Shown piece after piece: positions 1 to 12,425 of a stretch of DNA of 64,000 nucleotides. The stretch is from assembly GCF_009914755.1 (NCBI RefSeq), contig NC_060943.1. One strand, given 5' to 3'. How positions within the stretch are numbered: position 1 is the stretch's first letter; each line of letters begins with the position of its first letter. Both the position numbers and the translations under genes were made by a program. Source of the stretch: the human T2T-CHM13v2.0 reference genome, Homo sapiens. The notes beneath the pieces are model-generated. The model did no database searches. It had not been told where the DNA came from and saw only the letters and a program-made list of their open reading frames with translations.

Positions 1-297
1 TTATTGTTTTGATTAAAAATTTATAAAAGAAATAAATCATTTCAGAAAAAAAAGTGTAGTCTTCTCTTTTTCTCTTTCCAGTCCTGCTCTTTGCCCTGTG
101 TCTGCACAGCAATAACTTAGTGCACTAATATCTGTAAAACCAGCACGTATCCAATGTACAAGGACATGATACATACTATTATGTGCTTCTAAGTAACACA
201 AATGGTGATACATCTTTCTGCAATTTCATTAACAATATGTGGGATCCAAAACCATTGAAAAATACTGATCTAATTCTTTTATCTGCTGTGTTGCCTT

Positions 298-605
<308 letters not shown>

Positions 606-1174
606 TGTGTTGCAGTTTTATACAATTTATTCACTGAAGTCCCTTTATTAGAGAAAAACAGTTGTAAATTTAAAAAACTATATATTTTAAGCACTCAGGA
701 TTTAATAAAGGATTTTTGTAATTTGAAGAATGTTCAGTAGAGCCAAGAAAGCTTGTGGGCTTTACAACCTAGAAAAAAGTTGTAAGCAGAGAGGCTTAGA
801 TCCACTACGGTACTGTTCAAGGAAAAGTGTCAGGGCTACTACTACCCACTGCTCATCACCTAGTGGTTGAGGGCCTGGATGCTGCAAACTTCCACAGTGA
901 GCAGTTCTAAGCAAACCCCAAAGGCTGAGGAAGCTGAGGGGCCAAAGGAAGAGGCTGAAAAATCTAGTTTCTTGGAAACATTTTTTTGTTTGGTTTGGGT
1001 TTTTTTGTTGTTGTTGTTTGTTTGTTTGAGATAGTCTCACTCTATCGCCCAGGCTGGAGTGCAGTGGTGCCATCTCGGTTAAGCAATTCTCCTGCTGAAT
1101 TCAGCCTCTCGAGTCGCTGGGATTATAGGCGTGTGCCACCTGGCTATATTTTTGAATTTTTAGTAGAGATGGGT

Positions 1175-2262
<1,088 letters not shown>

Positions 2263-2739
2263 TAATAAAAACTAGGAACAGAAGTCATGTCGCATGCAGC
2301 TGCAAGATGGTGGATCCCTGCACAATTACCCCAAAGTTCCTGGCTTTATATACCATAGGGAATTTGCCTAAGGGCAGGACTATAATAAGTATGGTTCGTG
2401 AGCAAACATCAAGGTTGTTTGACCTAAGGGGGAGAATTTAAGGTAAGTACATAAAAGTACATTTAAGGTGTTCCTGGAACTGGGGCTAATCAAGAGTCAA
2501 CATGGTAGATTAGCATCCAAGATGGAGTTGCTTTAACCCCCGGCGGAGACCCAAGCCTGCGCCTTGAAGCTCCTTCTCCACCGGTAGAAGTCGACTCAAG
2601 GAGGTCGTGAGGACAGGACTCCTGGGGGTCCCGCTCTGGGGCACCCGTAGCCCTCTCTTCCACAGCGCCCTCCTACTGGACTCCCGCTGTAGCCACCGCC
2701 GTGACTGCAGCAAGTGCACCCCCTCCCCCAACCCCGAGG

Positions 2740-2830
2740 CCGCCGCGCCGCCACCGTTGTTTAAAGAAGCCTCTGCCTGACTTCCGGGAGCAGAGCGCCG
2801 GACGGACAAGCCAATGCGCATGCGCGAGGC
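2740..2830. promoter_or_regulatory. CpG-island promoter core of SST1 monomer 1
   Basis: ACTTCCGG (ETS) 2780-2787, CCAAT 2811-2815, TGCGCATGCGCG (NRF1) 2815-2826 in CpG-rich context. Confidence 0.55.
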
Positions 2831-5800
2831 GCCGGCTGTTTCCCCGTTCACAATGACCTCCACGGTTGCCTAAGAAACCAGTCCCTGAGGCTTGGGAAAG
2901 CAGGAGCCCTCCGCGGCAGTGCGTCGGTGTCGAGGCTCCGAGGCTCCGGCCTCACCTCTCCAGGAGGTCGACAGAACGACAGGACGTTCTCCGAATGCCA
3001 GGAGTCGCAGAGGGCAGAGCAGGATGAAGAAACCACAGGCGGAGTCTAGGGGAAGCAGTACGGCGTCCCTGCCTCAGGCCTGCCCGGACGGTGTGCGGGT
3101 GAGTCTCCCCAAAAGTCGTGCCCCTGTCAATTCGAGGACAGGTCTGCCTGTGTGCCTGTAGGCTACTCTCTCACCCGAGGGTCGTTCTCACAGAGAGCAG
3201 AACCCCGCAGCCTCAGGAGTTGCCTGGGGCGGGCGGGGGGGGATGTTTGTGTACCACTGCTGTGTGTGTGTGTAGTGTGTGTGTGTCTCACTTTCTTCTC
3301 TCTCTCTCTCCCTCTGTTTCTTTCTCTGTGTGTGTGTCCGTGTGAGTGTGTTGTCACGAATGTGCCCTGTGCGCCAAAGGGCAATTTCTTGCATGTCGGC
3401 CTGTCTTTGGTGAGCCTCTTTCTGCATCTCTGCCTGGGTCATGTGGAGATGCTTCGGACCCAGAGGAATTGAAATCTCATCCCCAGCCTGAGTGGCAGCT
3501 TTTCTAGGATCAAGACCACACCTCAGCCAAGGACAAAAGCATCAGAAGAGCTCATTGTCCTGAGGGAGGGGAGCAGACCGACGTCAAAGATGGTTTTAAG
3601 TCCGCGAGACTCTTCTCTGACAAATGAAGCCACACCACGACACAGGCTTAAAGAAGAAGCCGGGAACAGGACATGGCAAGGATCCCTGTCACTGGAACAC
3701 TGGCCTTTCTGGACAAGTCACCCGTTTGGCACTCCTCCCCAGGTGCCCGTTGCGGTGGCACTGTGCTGTATCCTGCCTGGGCTCTGGCCTCTGCTCTGTC
3801 CTCCCTCTTGCTGTGTCTCCCGTTTCTGAGGGGTGCAGATGCTTCTTGGTCTGCCTCAATGTCTTCAACAAAGAACACTTTCCAGTCCATCAGGGAGAAA
3901 CTTCAAGGAGATCCATGTCATGATTGTTTCCCTCTGCAAACTTGTTTCTGGTGGATTGGGCACGTGTGAAGATCCTGGAGCTCTGGGCATCCATACCTGT
4001 CTCAGACAGGGAAGCTCCCTTGGTCTCCATGTTTCACCTGATGGCTGCGTAGTTTCCCTACAATGAATGGTAGGCGACCGTGGCTGGCCTTGGCTTCAAG
4101 AGAGGCGGTGTCACATTTCCTCTGCATTTCCTGTCTCATTCTTAAGGGACATCTGCTTCCTCTGCTCCTGGGTGGACTGCCTCCCAGAACTGAATCTTTT
4201 GGCAGCCAATAATGTCAGGGAGCCAAAGGGACTGGGCTGGGGCTGGGTGCATGGGAGGTTGCGTTAGGGCTACCTAGGCGGTGGAGGGATGGAGGTGGAG
4301 TGATCTTTACAGAAACCTCTCCGCTCCTCCAGCAGGCTCCCCAAAATGTGGCTTGGACTTACGCACAGGGCCTCTTCTGGTTCCCAGCTGTGCTTTGCTT
4401 TTCCTTGGCATTGTTGGGGAGGTCACCTGTGCCCCCCTTCCACCGGGCACATGCCTGGACACCATTGTTCGTCTCGCCATCGCCCCATATGGCCTCGGTG
4501 ACACACACTCACCCCATCTGCTCTGGGGGACGCCAGTGCCACGTTTGGTCACATTGGCTCCACCTCGGACTCACCCCTGTTCTTGTTTGCATGTCTCCTG
4601 GAAAGCGGTGGCGGCACACAGCAGCCCCAGGACTTTGGCAAGCGGGGCAGGCCACTGCACCTCCCAGGGAGGAGGGAGGCAGAGGGCTCATGTTTCAGTG
4701 AATTTTCAGCTGACACCATGCCTTCAGGCCCATGGGATCTTTCTGTGCCCCAGCGAGGCCCTGCCTGCCTCACCAGATGAGGTGAGCCCATCCCTGGTCA
4801 CCTGGTGGGATCCAAAATCGGATCTGAAGAGGAGTACTGAGACCCCAGCAGGCGCCCTGAACCTCCTCTTCCACTGGTAGAAGTTGGCTCAAGGAGGCCC
4901 TGAGGACAGGACTCCTGCGAGTCCGGCCCTAGGGCGCCCGCAGCCCCCACTCCCTCGCCGCCCCCTACTTGATCCCGGATTCAGCCACCACCGCGCTGCA
5001 GCAGGAGCCCCTACTGCCGCCGCCATTGTTCAAGGGGGCCTCAGCCTGAGTTCCAGGAGCAGAGCGCGAGTCGGCCTAGGCAATGCGCATGCCCGAGGCG
5101 CGAGAGGATTATCCCGTCACAGTGATTCCCACAGTTGCCTGAGAAACCAGTCCCTGAGGCTTGGCAAAGCAGGAGCCCTCCGTGGCAGTGCTTGGGTGTC
5201 CGGGCTCCGAGACTCCGGCCTGACCTCTCCATGGGGTCGAAAGGACGGTCTCTGGATGCCAGGAGTCGCGGAGGGCGGACCAGCATGAGGAAACCATTGG
5301 CGGAAAATGGCAGAAGCAGTGCGGCATCCCAGCCTCAACTGCCGGGACGGTGTTCAAGTGAGTCTCCCCAAAAGTCATGCCCCCCGTGATCTCGACGACA
5401 TGTCTGCTTGTGTGCCCGTGGGCTGCTCTCTCACTTGAGAATCGTTCTCGCAAAGAGCAGAACCCCGCAGCCTCAGGGGTTGCCTGGGGCTATGTGTTTC
5501 TGTGCCACTGCTCTATGTCTGTGTGTGTGTGTCTCCCATTCTCTCTTCTCTCTCTGTCACTCTGTTTCTCTCTCTCTGTCTGTGAGTGTGTGTGCCGGTG
5601 TGCGTGTGTGTGTTGAATGAATGTGCCCTGTGCATCAAAAAGCGATTTCTTGCATATCGGCCTGTCTTTGGTGCGCCTCTTGCTGCGTCTCTGCCTGGGA
5701 CATGTTGCCGGTTGTCAATCGGTTTCGCGGCAGTTCCACTTTGGGTTTCTAAAGGCCTCGACGACGTGAGGAGAGGCGTCGGTCCTGGAGGAACTGAAAT

Positions 5801-7772
5801 TTCATCTCCATCCTGAGCGGCCTCTTTTCTAGGATCAAGACGACCACACTCCAGCCAAGGACAAAAGCCTCACAGGAGCTCACTGTCCTGCAGGAGGGGA
5901 GCAGACAAACGTCAAAGAAGATGGTTCTATCTCCTCACGGCTCTTCTCTGAAAAATGAAGCCACACCACGACACAATCTTCAAGAAGCTGGGAATGGGAC
6001 ATGGCAAAAACCCCTGGCCTCTCTGGACAAGTCACCTGTTTGGCACTCCTCCCCTCAGCCTGTGGCGGTGGCACTGTGCTGTATCCTGCCTGGGCTCTCG
6101 CCTCTGCTCTATCCTCCCTCTTGCTCTGTCTGCCCTGTTTCTGAGGGGCCTAGATGCTTCTTGTTCTGGTTCAATGTCTTCAACAAAGATCACTTCCCAG
6201 TCCAACAGGGAGAAAGTGGTGATCCGTGTCATGATTGTTTCTCTCTCCAAACCCGTTTCTGGTGGATTGGGCAGGTTTGATGATCCTGGAGCTCTGGGCA
6301 TCCATACCTGTCTCAGACAGGGAAGCTCCCTTGGTCTCCATGTTTCATGGGATGGCTGCGTGGCTGGCCTTGGCTTCTAGGAAAGGCGGTGTCGCGTTTC
6401 CTCTTCACTTCATGTTTCATTCTTGAGGGACATCCTCTTCTGAGCTCCTGGGTGGACTGCCTCCCAGAACTGAATCTTTTGGCTGCCATGAATGTCAGGG
6501 AGCCAAAGGGATTGGGCTGGGGCTGGGTGCATGGGAGGTTGTGTCGGGGCTACCTAGGCATTGGAGAGGTGGGGGTGAAGTGAACTTTGCAGAAACCTCT
6601 CCGCTCCTCCAGCAGGTGTAGCAAAATGTGGCTTGGATTCACGCACAGGCCCTCTCCTGGTTCCCAGGTGTGCTTTGCTTTTCCTTGACGTTGTTGGGGA
6701 GGTCACCTGTGCCCCCCTTCCACCAGGCACATACCTGGACACCATTGTTCGTCTCGCCATCGCCCCATATGGCCTTGGTGACACACACTCACCCCATCTG
6801 TTCTGGGGGACGCCAGTGCCACGTGTGGTCGCATTGGCTCCACCTTGGACTCGCCCCTGTTCCTGTTTGCACGTGTACTAGAAAGCGGTGTCTTCTTGCA
6901 GGAGCCCCAGGGCTTTGGAAGCGGAACAGGCCACTGCTCCTCCCAGGGGCGAGGGAGGCAGAGGGCTCATGTGTCAGTGAATTTTCAGCCGACACCACGC
7001 CTTGAGGCTCATGGATCTTTCTGTGCCCCAGCGAGGCCCTGCCCGCCTCACAGATGAGGTGAGCTCATCCCTGCTTACTTGGTGAGATCCAAAATCTGAA
7101 GAGGAGTCCTGAGACCCTAGCAGGCGCCCTGAAGCTCCTCCTCCACCGGTAGAAGTCGGCACAAGGAGGTCTTGAGGACAGGACTCCTGGTGGTCCAGCC
7201 CTGGGGCGCCCGCAGTCGCCTCTCTCAACGAAGCCCGCTCCTCGACCTTGGATCCAAGTGCCCTCCTACCGCCGCGCCGCCGCCATTATTTAAAGGGGCC
7301 GCAGCCTGACTTCCAGGAGCGGAGCGCGAGTCGGCCTAGCTAATGCGCATGCGTGAGGCGCGAACAGATTCTCGTCACAGTGATTCCCATGGTTGCCTAA
7401 GAAACCAGTCCCTGAGGCTTGGCAAAGCAGGAGCCCTACATTGCAGTGCTTGGGTGTCGGGGCCCTGAGGCTCCGGCCTGACCTCTCCAGGGTGTCAACA
7501 GGATGGTCTGCGGATGCCAAGAGTGGTGGAGGTCCGACCAGCATGATGAAGCCACAGGCGGAGTCTGGGGGAAGCAGCTCGGCATCCCAGCTTCAGGCCT
7601 GCCGGGACGGCGTTCGAGTGAGTCTCCCAGAAAGTCGTGCACCCCCGTGACCTCGAGGACAGGTCTGCCTGTGTGCCCGTGGGCTGCTCTCTCACCCGAG
7701 AGTCGTTCTTCTGGAGAGCAGAGCCCCGCAGCCTCAGGGGTTGCCTGGGGGGGTGTGCTTCTGTGCCACTGC

Positions 7773-7776
<4 letters not shown>

Positions 7777-7822
<46 letters not shown>
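7777..7822 (+). repeat. (TG)23 microsatellite
   Basis: Uninterrupted TG run inside monomer 3. Confidence 0.95.
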
Positions 7823-7824
<2 letters not shown>

Positions 7825-8567
7825 TCCCATTCTCTCTTCCATCTCTGTCTCTGTTTCTGTCTCTTTCTTACTTTCTTTGTGCGCCCATTTGCGTGTGTGT
7901 GTGTTGGGACGAAAATGTCTTGTGCACCGGAGTGCTGTTTCTTTCTTGTAAGCCTGTCTTTGTTGAGCCTCTTTTTGCGTCTTTTACTGGGTCTTGCGGC
8001 CCGTTGTCAGTTTTCCCTGCCGTTCCACTTTGCATTTTGTGAAAGCCTCGGCAACATGGGGAGCATCGTGGGTCCCGCAGGAGTTGAATTCTCCTCCCCA
8101 TCCTGATAGGCCTCTTGTCCAAGATCAAGACGACCACCCCACACTTAAGCACATTTTTTAAAGGGGTCGCAGCCTGATGTTTAGGAGCCGGGCCCATGTA
8201 GACCTGGCTAATGCACCTTACTCGCCTCTCACTGCCTGTCACTTCGTCCACAGCAGCCCCCGCTCACTATTTTTTAAAGGGGCCACTGACGGGATTACAG
8301 GAGCCAGGCGCCTGTCGGCCTTGCCAATGTGCATGCTCGTGGCGTGTGCAGGTTCTCACGTCTTAATGATCCCCTCCATCGTCTGGGGAATGGGTCCCTG
8401 AGGCTTGCCGATCACAATCACTCCGTGGCAGTGCATCCGTGTCAAAGCTTTTGCCTGACCTCTCAACGTGGTTGACATGATTGTCTCTGGATGCCCGGAT
8501 TTGAGGAGGTCACCGACCAGGATGAAAAAACCTCATGCAGAGTCACGGAGAAGCAGCGCGGGATCCC

Positions 8568-9150
8568 AGCTTCAGGGGACAGATGGAATCTCCGGACTCC
8601 CATTTGGATCTGATTTTGGATCCCACCCATTGAGCAGGAATGGGGTTACAATCTGGTGAGGCGGGGAGGGCCTCTCTGGGGCACAGAACGGTCCCACGGG
8701 CCTCAAGCCATGGTGTCAGCTTAAAGTTCATTGACTCATCAGCCCACTGCCTCCCTTCTCCTTGGACGGAGCAATGGCCTTCTCTGGTTTCCAAAATCCA
8801 GGGACTCCTGTATCCTGACACTGCTTTCTGGGACCAGTGCCAACAGGGCCAGGGGTGAGTTTGAGGTGGAGCAAATGCGACCACACGTGGCACTGGCGTC
8901 CCCTATGAGCAGATGTAGTGAGCGTGTATCTCCAAGGTCGTTTGGGGTGATGTGGAGACTGACAGTGATGTCCTGGCATGCGCTCAGGGGGCTATGGGGA
9001 CCTTCGGAAGAAAGCCAAGGAAAAGCAAATCACACCTGGGAACCAGGAGAGGGCCTATGCCGGAGAACAAGCCCATTCAGGGAGGCCTACTGGAGGAGGC
9101 GAGAGGTTTCTGCAAAGTACCCTTCACCCCCACCCCTCCATTGAGTAGGT
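8568..9150 (-). repeat. Inverted SST1 segment
   Basis: Reverse complement of the ~4270-4860 part of the monomer (GATTTTGGATCCC, CACACGTGGCACTGGCGTCCC, GAGGTTTCTGCAAAGT). Confidence 0.88.
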
Positions 9151-12089
9151 ACTTCTCAAGCTGTCTTTCCTTCACCCAGCCAAAACGGAAAATCGTTCCT
9201 GCCTTTTTAGGACAGCAGTGCTGAGCAGCAGGATTCCCTGAGCTTTGAGACCAGGACGGTGCCCTGGGAGGCCCAGGTCGAAGGGAGGCAGTGAGCTCAT
9301 GAAACAGGGAATTTTCAGCTGACTCCCTCCCCTGGGATCTCAGCTGTTTCTGTGCCCCAGCGACCCCCTTCACACCTCACCAGACTGAATAACCAGCCCC
9401 ATGGGACCCGATTTCTGCCCATACCTTCCAATCCGGAATCGGAGCAGAAGAGCAGTCCCGAGTGCCCACCTCACGGTCTGAAGCGCCTCCTCCTCCACCG
9501 GGATCCGAACACGAAGTCGGCTTAAGGAGGCCCTGAGGTCAGGACTCTTAGGGTCCTGCGCTGCTTGTCGCAAGCAGCCTCCTCCCCCAAGCCGCCGCCG
9601 GTCCATCTCTAGCATTTTCCTGGGGCTGCCGCCTGACAGCCCTGACATTGCAGCGCGCGCGAGCCGACCACGACAATGCGCATGCACCAAACGCGAGGCA
9701 CCAGGGCAAGCTCTGAGCCAGGGCTGGCCTCCCAGGGACCACCACCATTGCCTGGGCACGGGTCCCAGAGGCTTGGCAGATCAGGAGCCCTCTGTGGCAG
9801 TGTGTAGAGTTGGGCTGATGTCTCTCCTCTCTGAGGGATCAGCGCGGTGATCCCACAATCCTTGGAGACTGGCAGGGCCGAACTAGGCTGAAGAAACGTC
9901 AAGCAGGGCCCCAAGAATGCACCACAGGATCCCTAAGGATCCCTATGATGTATCAGGCCTGCCTAGATAGTTTAGGGGTGAATCTCCTTGAAAGTCGTCC
10001 CCCCGGGATTTGGACATACGGCCTGCCTATGTGCCCGAGGGCTGCTCTCTCCCCGGAGGGGCTTCCTGGCAGAGAGCAGAACCACGCAGCCTCAGGAGCT
10101 GCCTGGCTGTGTGTTTCTGTGCGAGTGCTGGATGTCTCTGTGTGTGTTTCTTTCTGTGTGTGTGTGGTTTCTTGTGAAACAAATGTGACTCGTGCGCTGG
10201 AGCGCGGTTTCTCTCAAGTCCACCTACCTTCTGATGCTCCTCACTCTGTGGCTCCGCTTGGGCTGCGGGGCCCCACGTCCTTTGTTTTGCTTGTAGTTCC
10301 TGAAGCCTCGGAGAAGTGGGGGGCTGGCTCCAACCCACAGGGGTCCAAATCATCTCCCCACCCCGGGGAGCCACTCTTCTAGAAAGAAGATGAGCACAAC
10401 ACACCCAAGAACAGACGCCTCCTAGGGGCCCATAGTCCTGTGGCACATCCAGGGCTGGACCCTAGCTGTCCTGTCCTCAGGATCCCCTTGAGCCCACTTC
10501 AAATTCCGTTGCTGGCAGGGCAGGAGCTTAAGGATGTCAGATGGGCACTCAATCTTCTTTCAGTTCCATTCCGGGTCAAAAAGAAATGATGTGTGTAGAA
10601 ATAAGGTGAGACAGGGGTGAGGATACAGTCTGATGAGGTGGGGAGGAGGTCCCACAACTACACCAGCAGGACAGGTGCAGATAGATGTCAAAGAAGCTGG
10701 TTCCAACTCATTCTCCCCTTCCTCTTCACTGCATAACCTGTCCACACCATGGCCTGGTGCTGGTGGAAGAAGACATGAATGTGAGGAGAATATTTGGACT
10801 GCAAACTGTGGCCTTTCTGGCCAGCTTCCAGGTTGGGCCCTCATTCCCGGAGCCACATGCGAGTGGGATGGATTGATCCTGCGCGGGCTCTGGCCTCTTC
10901 TCTGTCCTCTCTTTTCCTGCCTTCCATGTTTCTCATGGGCCTAGGGTTTCCTTGGTCTGGCTCTACATTCTCTACAACAAACTTTTCCCAGTTAGTTGAG
11001 GATGACCTTTCTGAAGATCCATGTCATGAGTGTTTCCTCCTCAACACCCACATTTCCTAATGACTGGGTAGCTGTGATAATTCTTGAACCGTGGGTGCTC
11101 GTAGCTCCCACCAACAGGGAAACTTTTGGTCCTCCTATTCCGTCAGATGACTGCATGATTCCCATAGGATGAGAGGTAGTCAGCCATGGCTGGCCTTTGC
11201 CTTCTAATCTAGGCTGTGTTTCATTTCCTCTGCACATCCTTTCTTATTGTTGAGTGATCTCCCATTTCTCTATTCCTGACTGGAACTGCCTCTCAGCACG
11301 GAACCATTGGCTGTTAGGAATTTCACAGAGCAAAAGGGACTGGCAGTTGACTGGGTGCAGGCCAGGTGGTGAGTAGTGATCCGGTGTGGGGTTTGGGGTG
11401 TTTTGCACTTTGCACCTCTTGGCTCCTCTGGCTGGAATCCCTGAACGGGGCTTGGACTCTAGCACAGGCCCCTCCTGTGGTCCCAGTTGTGCTTTGCTTG
11501 TCCTTCCCTTTCTTGGGGATCCTCATTGCCCATTGGGAGCATGCCCGGACATCCTTCTGAGGCTTGGATTCACCCCATATGGCCTTTGAGACACACTCTC
11601 AACCTTATCTGTCCCCATGGATTGCCAGTTCCAGGTGTGGCCACCTTGGCTCCACTTTCAGCTTGCCTTTGTCCTCGTTCCCGTTGCTACTGGACAGCAG
11701 TGCTGAGGAGAAGCAGGAGCTTCTGGCAGCCAGACAGGCATGTTTGCTGAGGCACTAGTTTGCATGACGCTACTGGGACCCCTCGGAGGATGATTTTGGT
11801 AGTAGGGCCAAGGCCAAACAGGTTAGTAGCCAAGCTCTATGGGACTTGGGTTGTTTCCAAGTCTGAAGCAAGATGACTGCTGGGTCTACAACCTAGATAT
11901 GGGTCACTGCTTTCAAAACAACCCTCTTAGGTCTTGGGATCCACAAGGGTTTCATAACCTCCTACATGAATCCCAAGGCTCCCAGAGAGAGACTTTTGCC
12001 AATGGATAAGTGCAGAATTCTTACTATTGTGGGGGGATATGAGCAGGTGACCACATATTTCACCATCTTGCTAACATCATCACCATCTG

Positions 12090-12425
12090 TTTCCTTTATT
12101 GTATAATAAACTAGTAAACCTAAGTGTTTTCCACAGATCTGTAGCCATTCTAGCAAATGATGCAACTAATGGAGAGGATCATGGGAACTTCTGATTCAGT
12201 CATTCAGTAAGACGTACAGGTGACATCTGGACTTGTGATTGGTGTCTGAAGTGAGAGTAGTCTTGTGGGACTGAGCCCCTGGCCTGTGGGATCTGACTCT
12301 AAATCTGATTAGTGTCAGAATTGAAGTGCAGGATGCCCAATTGGTGTGCACAAGGAAAAGCCCCACACAAGTGGTATGAGAAGTACTGAGAGTGGCATGA
12401 GTATAGAAGGAAAACCTGCTTTTGC
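12090..12425 (+). mobile_element. MER21-like LTR fragment
   Basis: TCTGAAGTG...AGTCTTGTGGGACTGAGCCC...GTGGGATCTGAC...TAGTGTCAGAATTGAA motifs. Confidence 0.6.

Larger units (their letters stand above)
2544..11730 (+). repeat. SST1/MER22/NBL2-type macrosatellite cluster 1
   Basis: Anchor CCACCGGTAGAAG-like at 2578, 4871 and 7143 (periods 2293, 2272); third monomer truncated ~8140; rearranged fragments 8150-9150; diverged monomer ~9200-11730 (GACAGCAGTGCTGAG at 9211 and 11693, period 2482). Confidence 0.88.

Noticed and set aside
2510-11760. Dozens of 60-180 aa ORFs on both strands in cluster 1 (and likewise in cluster 2)
   Set aside because: Overlapping frames in GC-rich satellite, many with non-ATG starts, CVCV/HTHT runs from microsatellites, no recognisable domain and not preserved between monomers.
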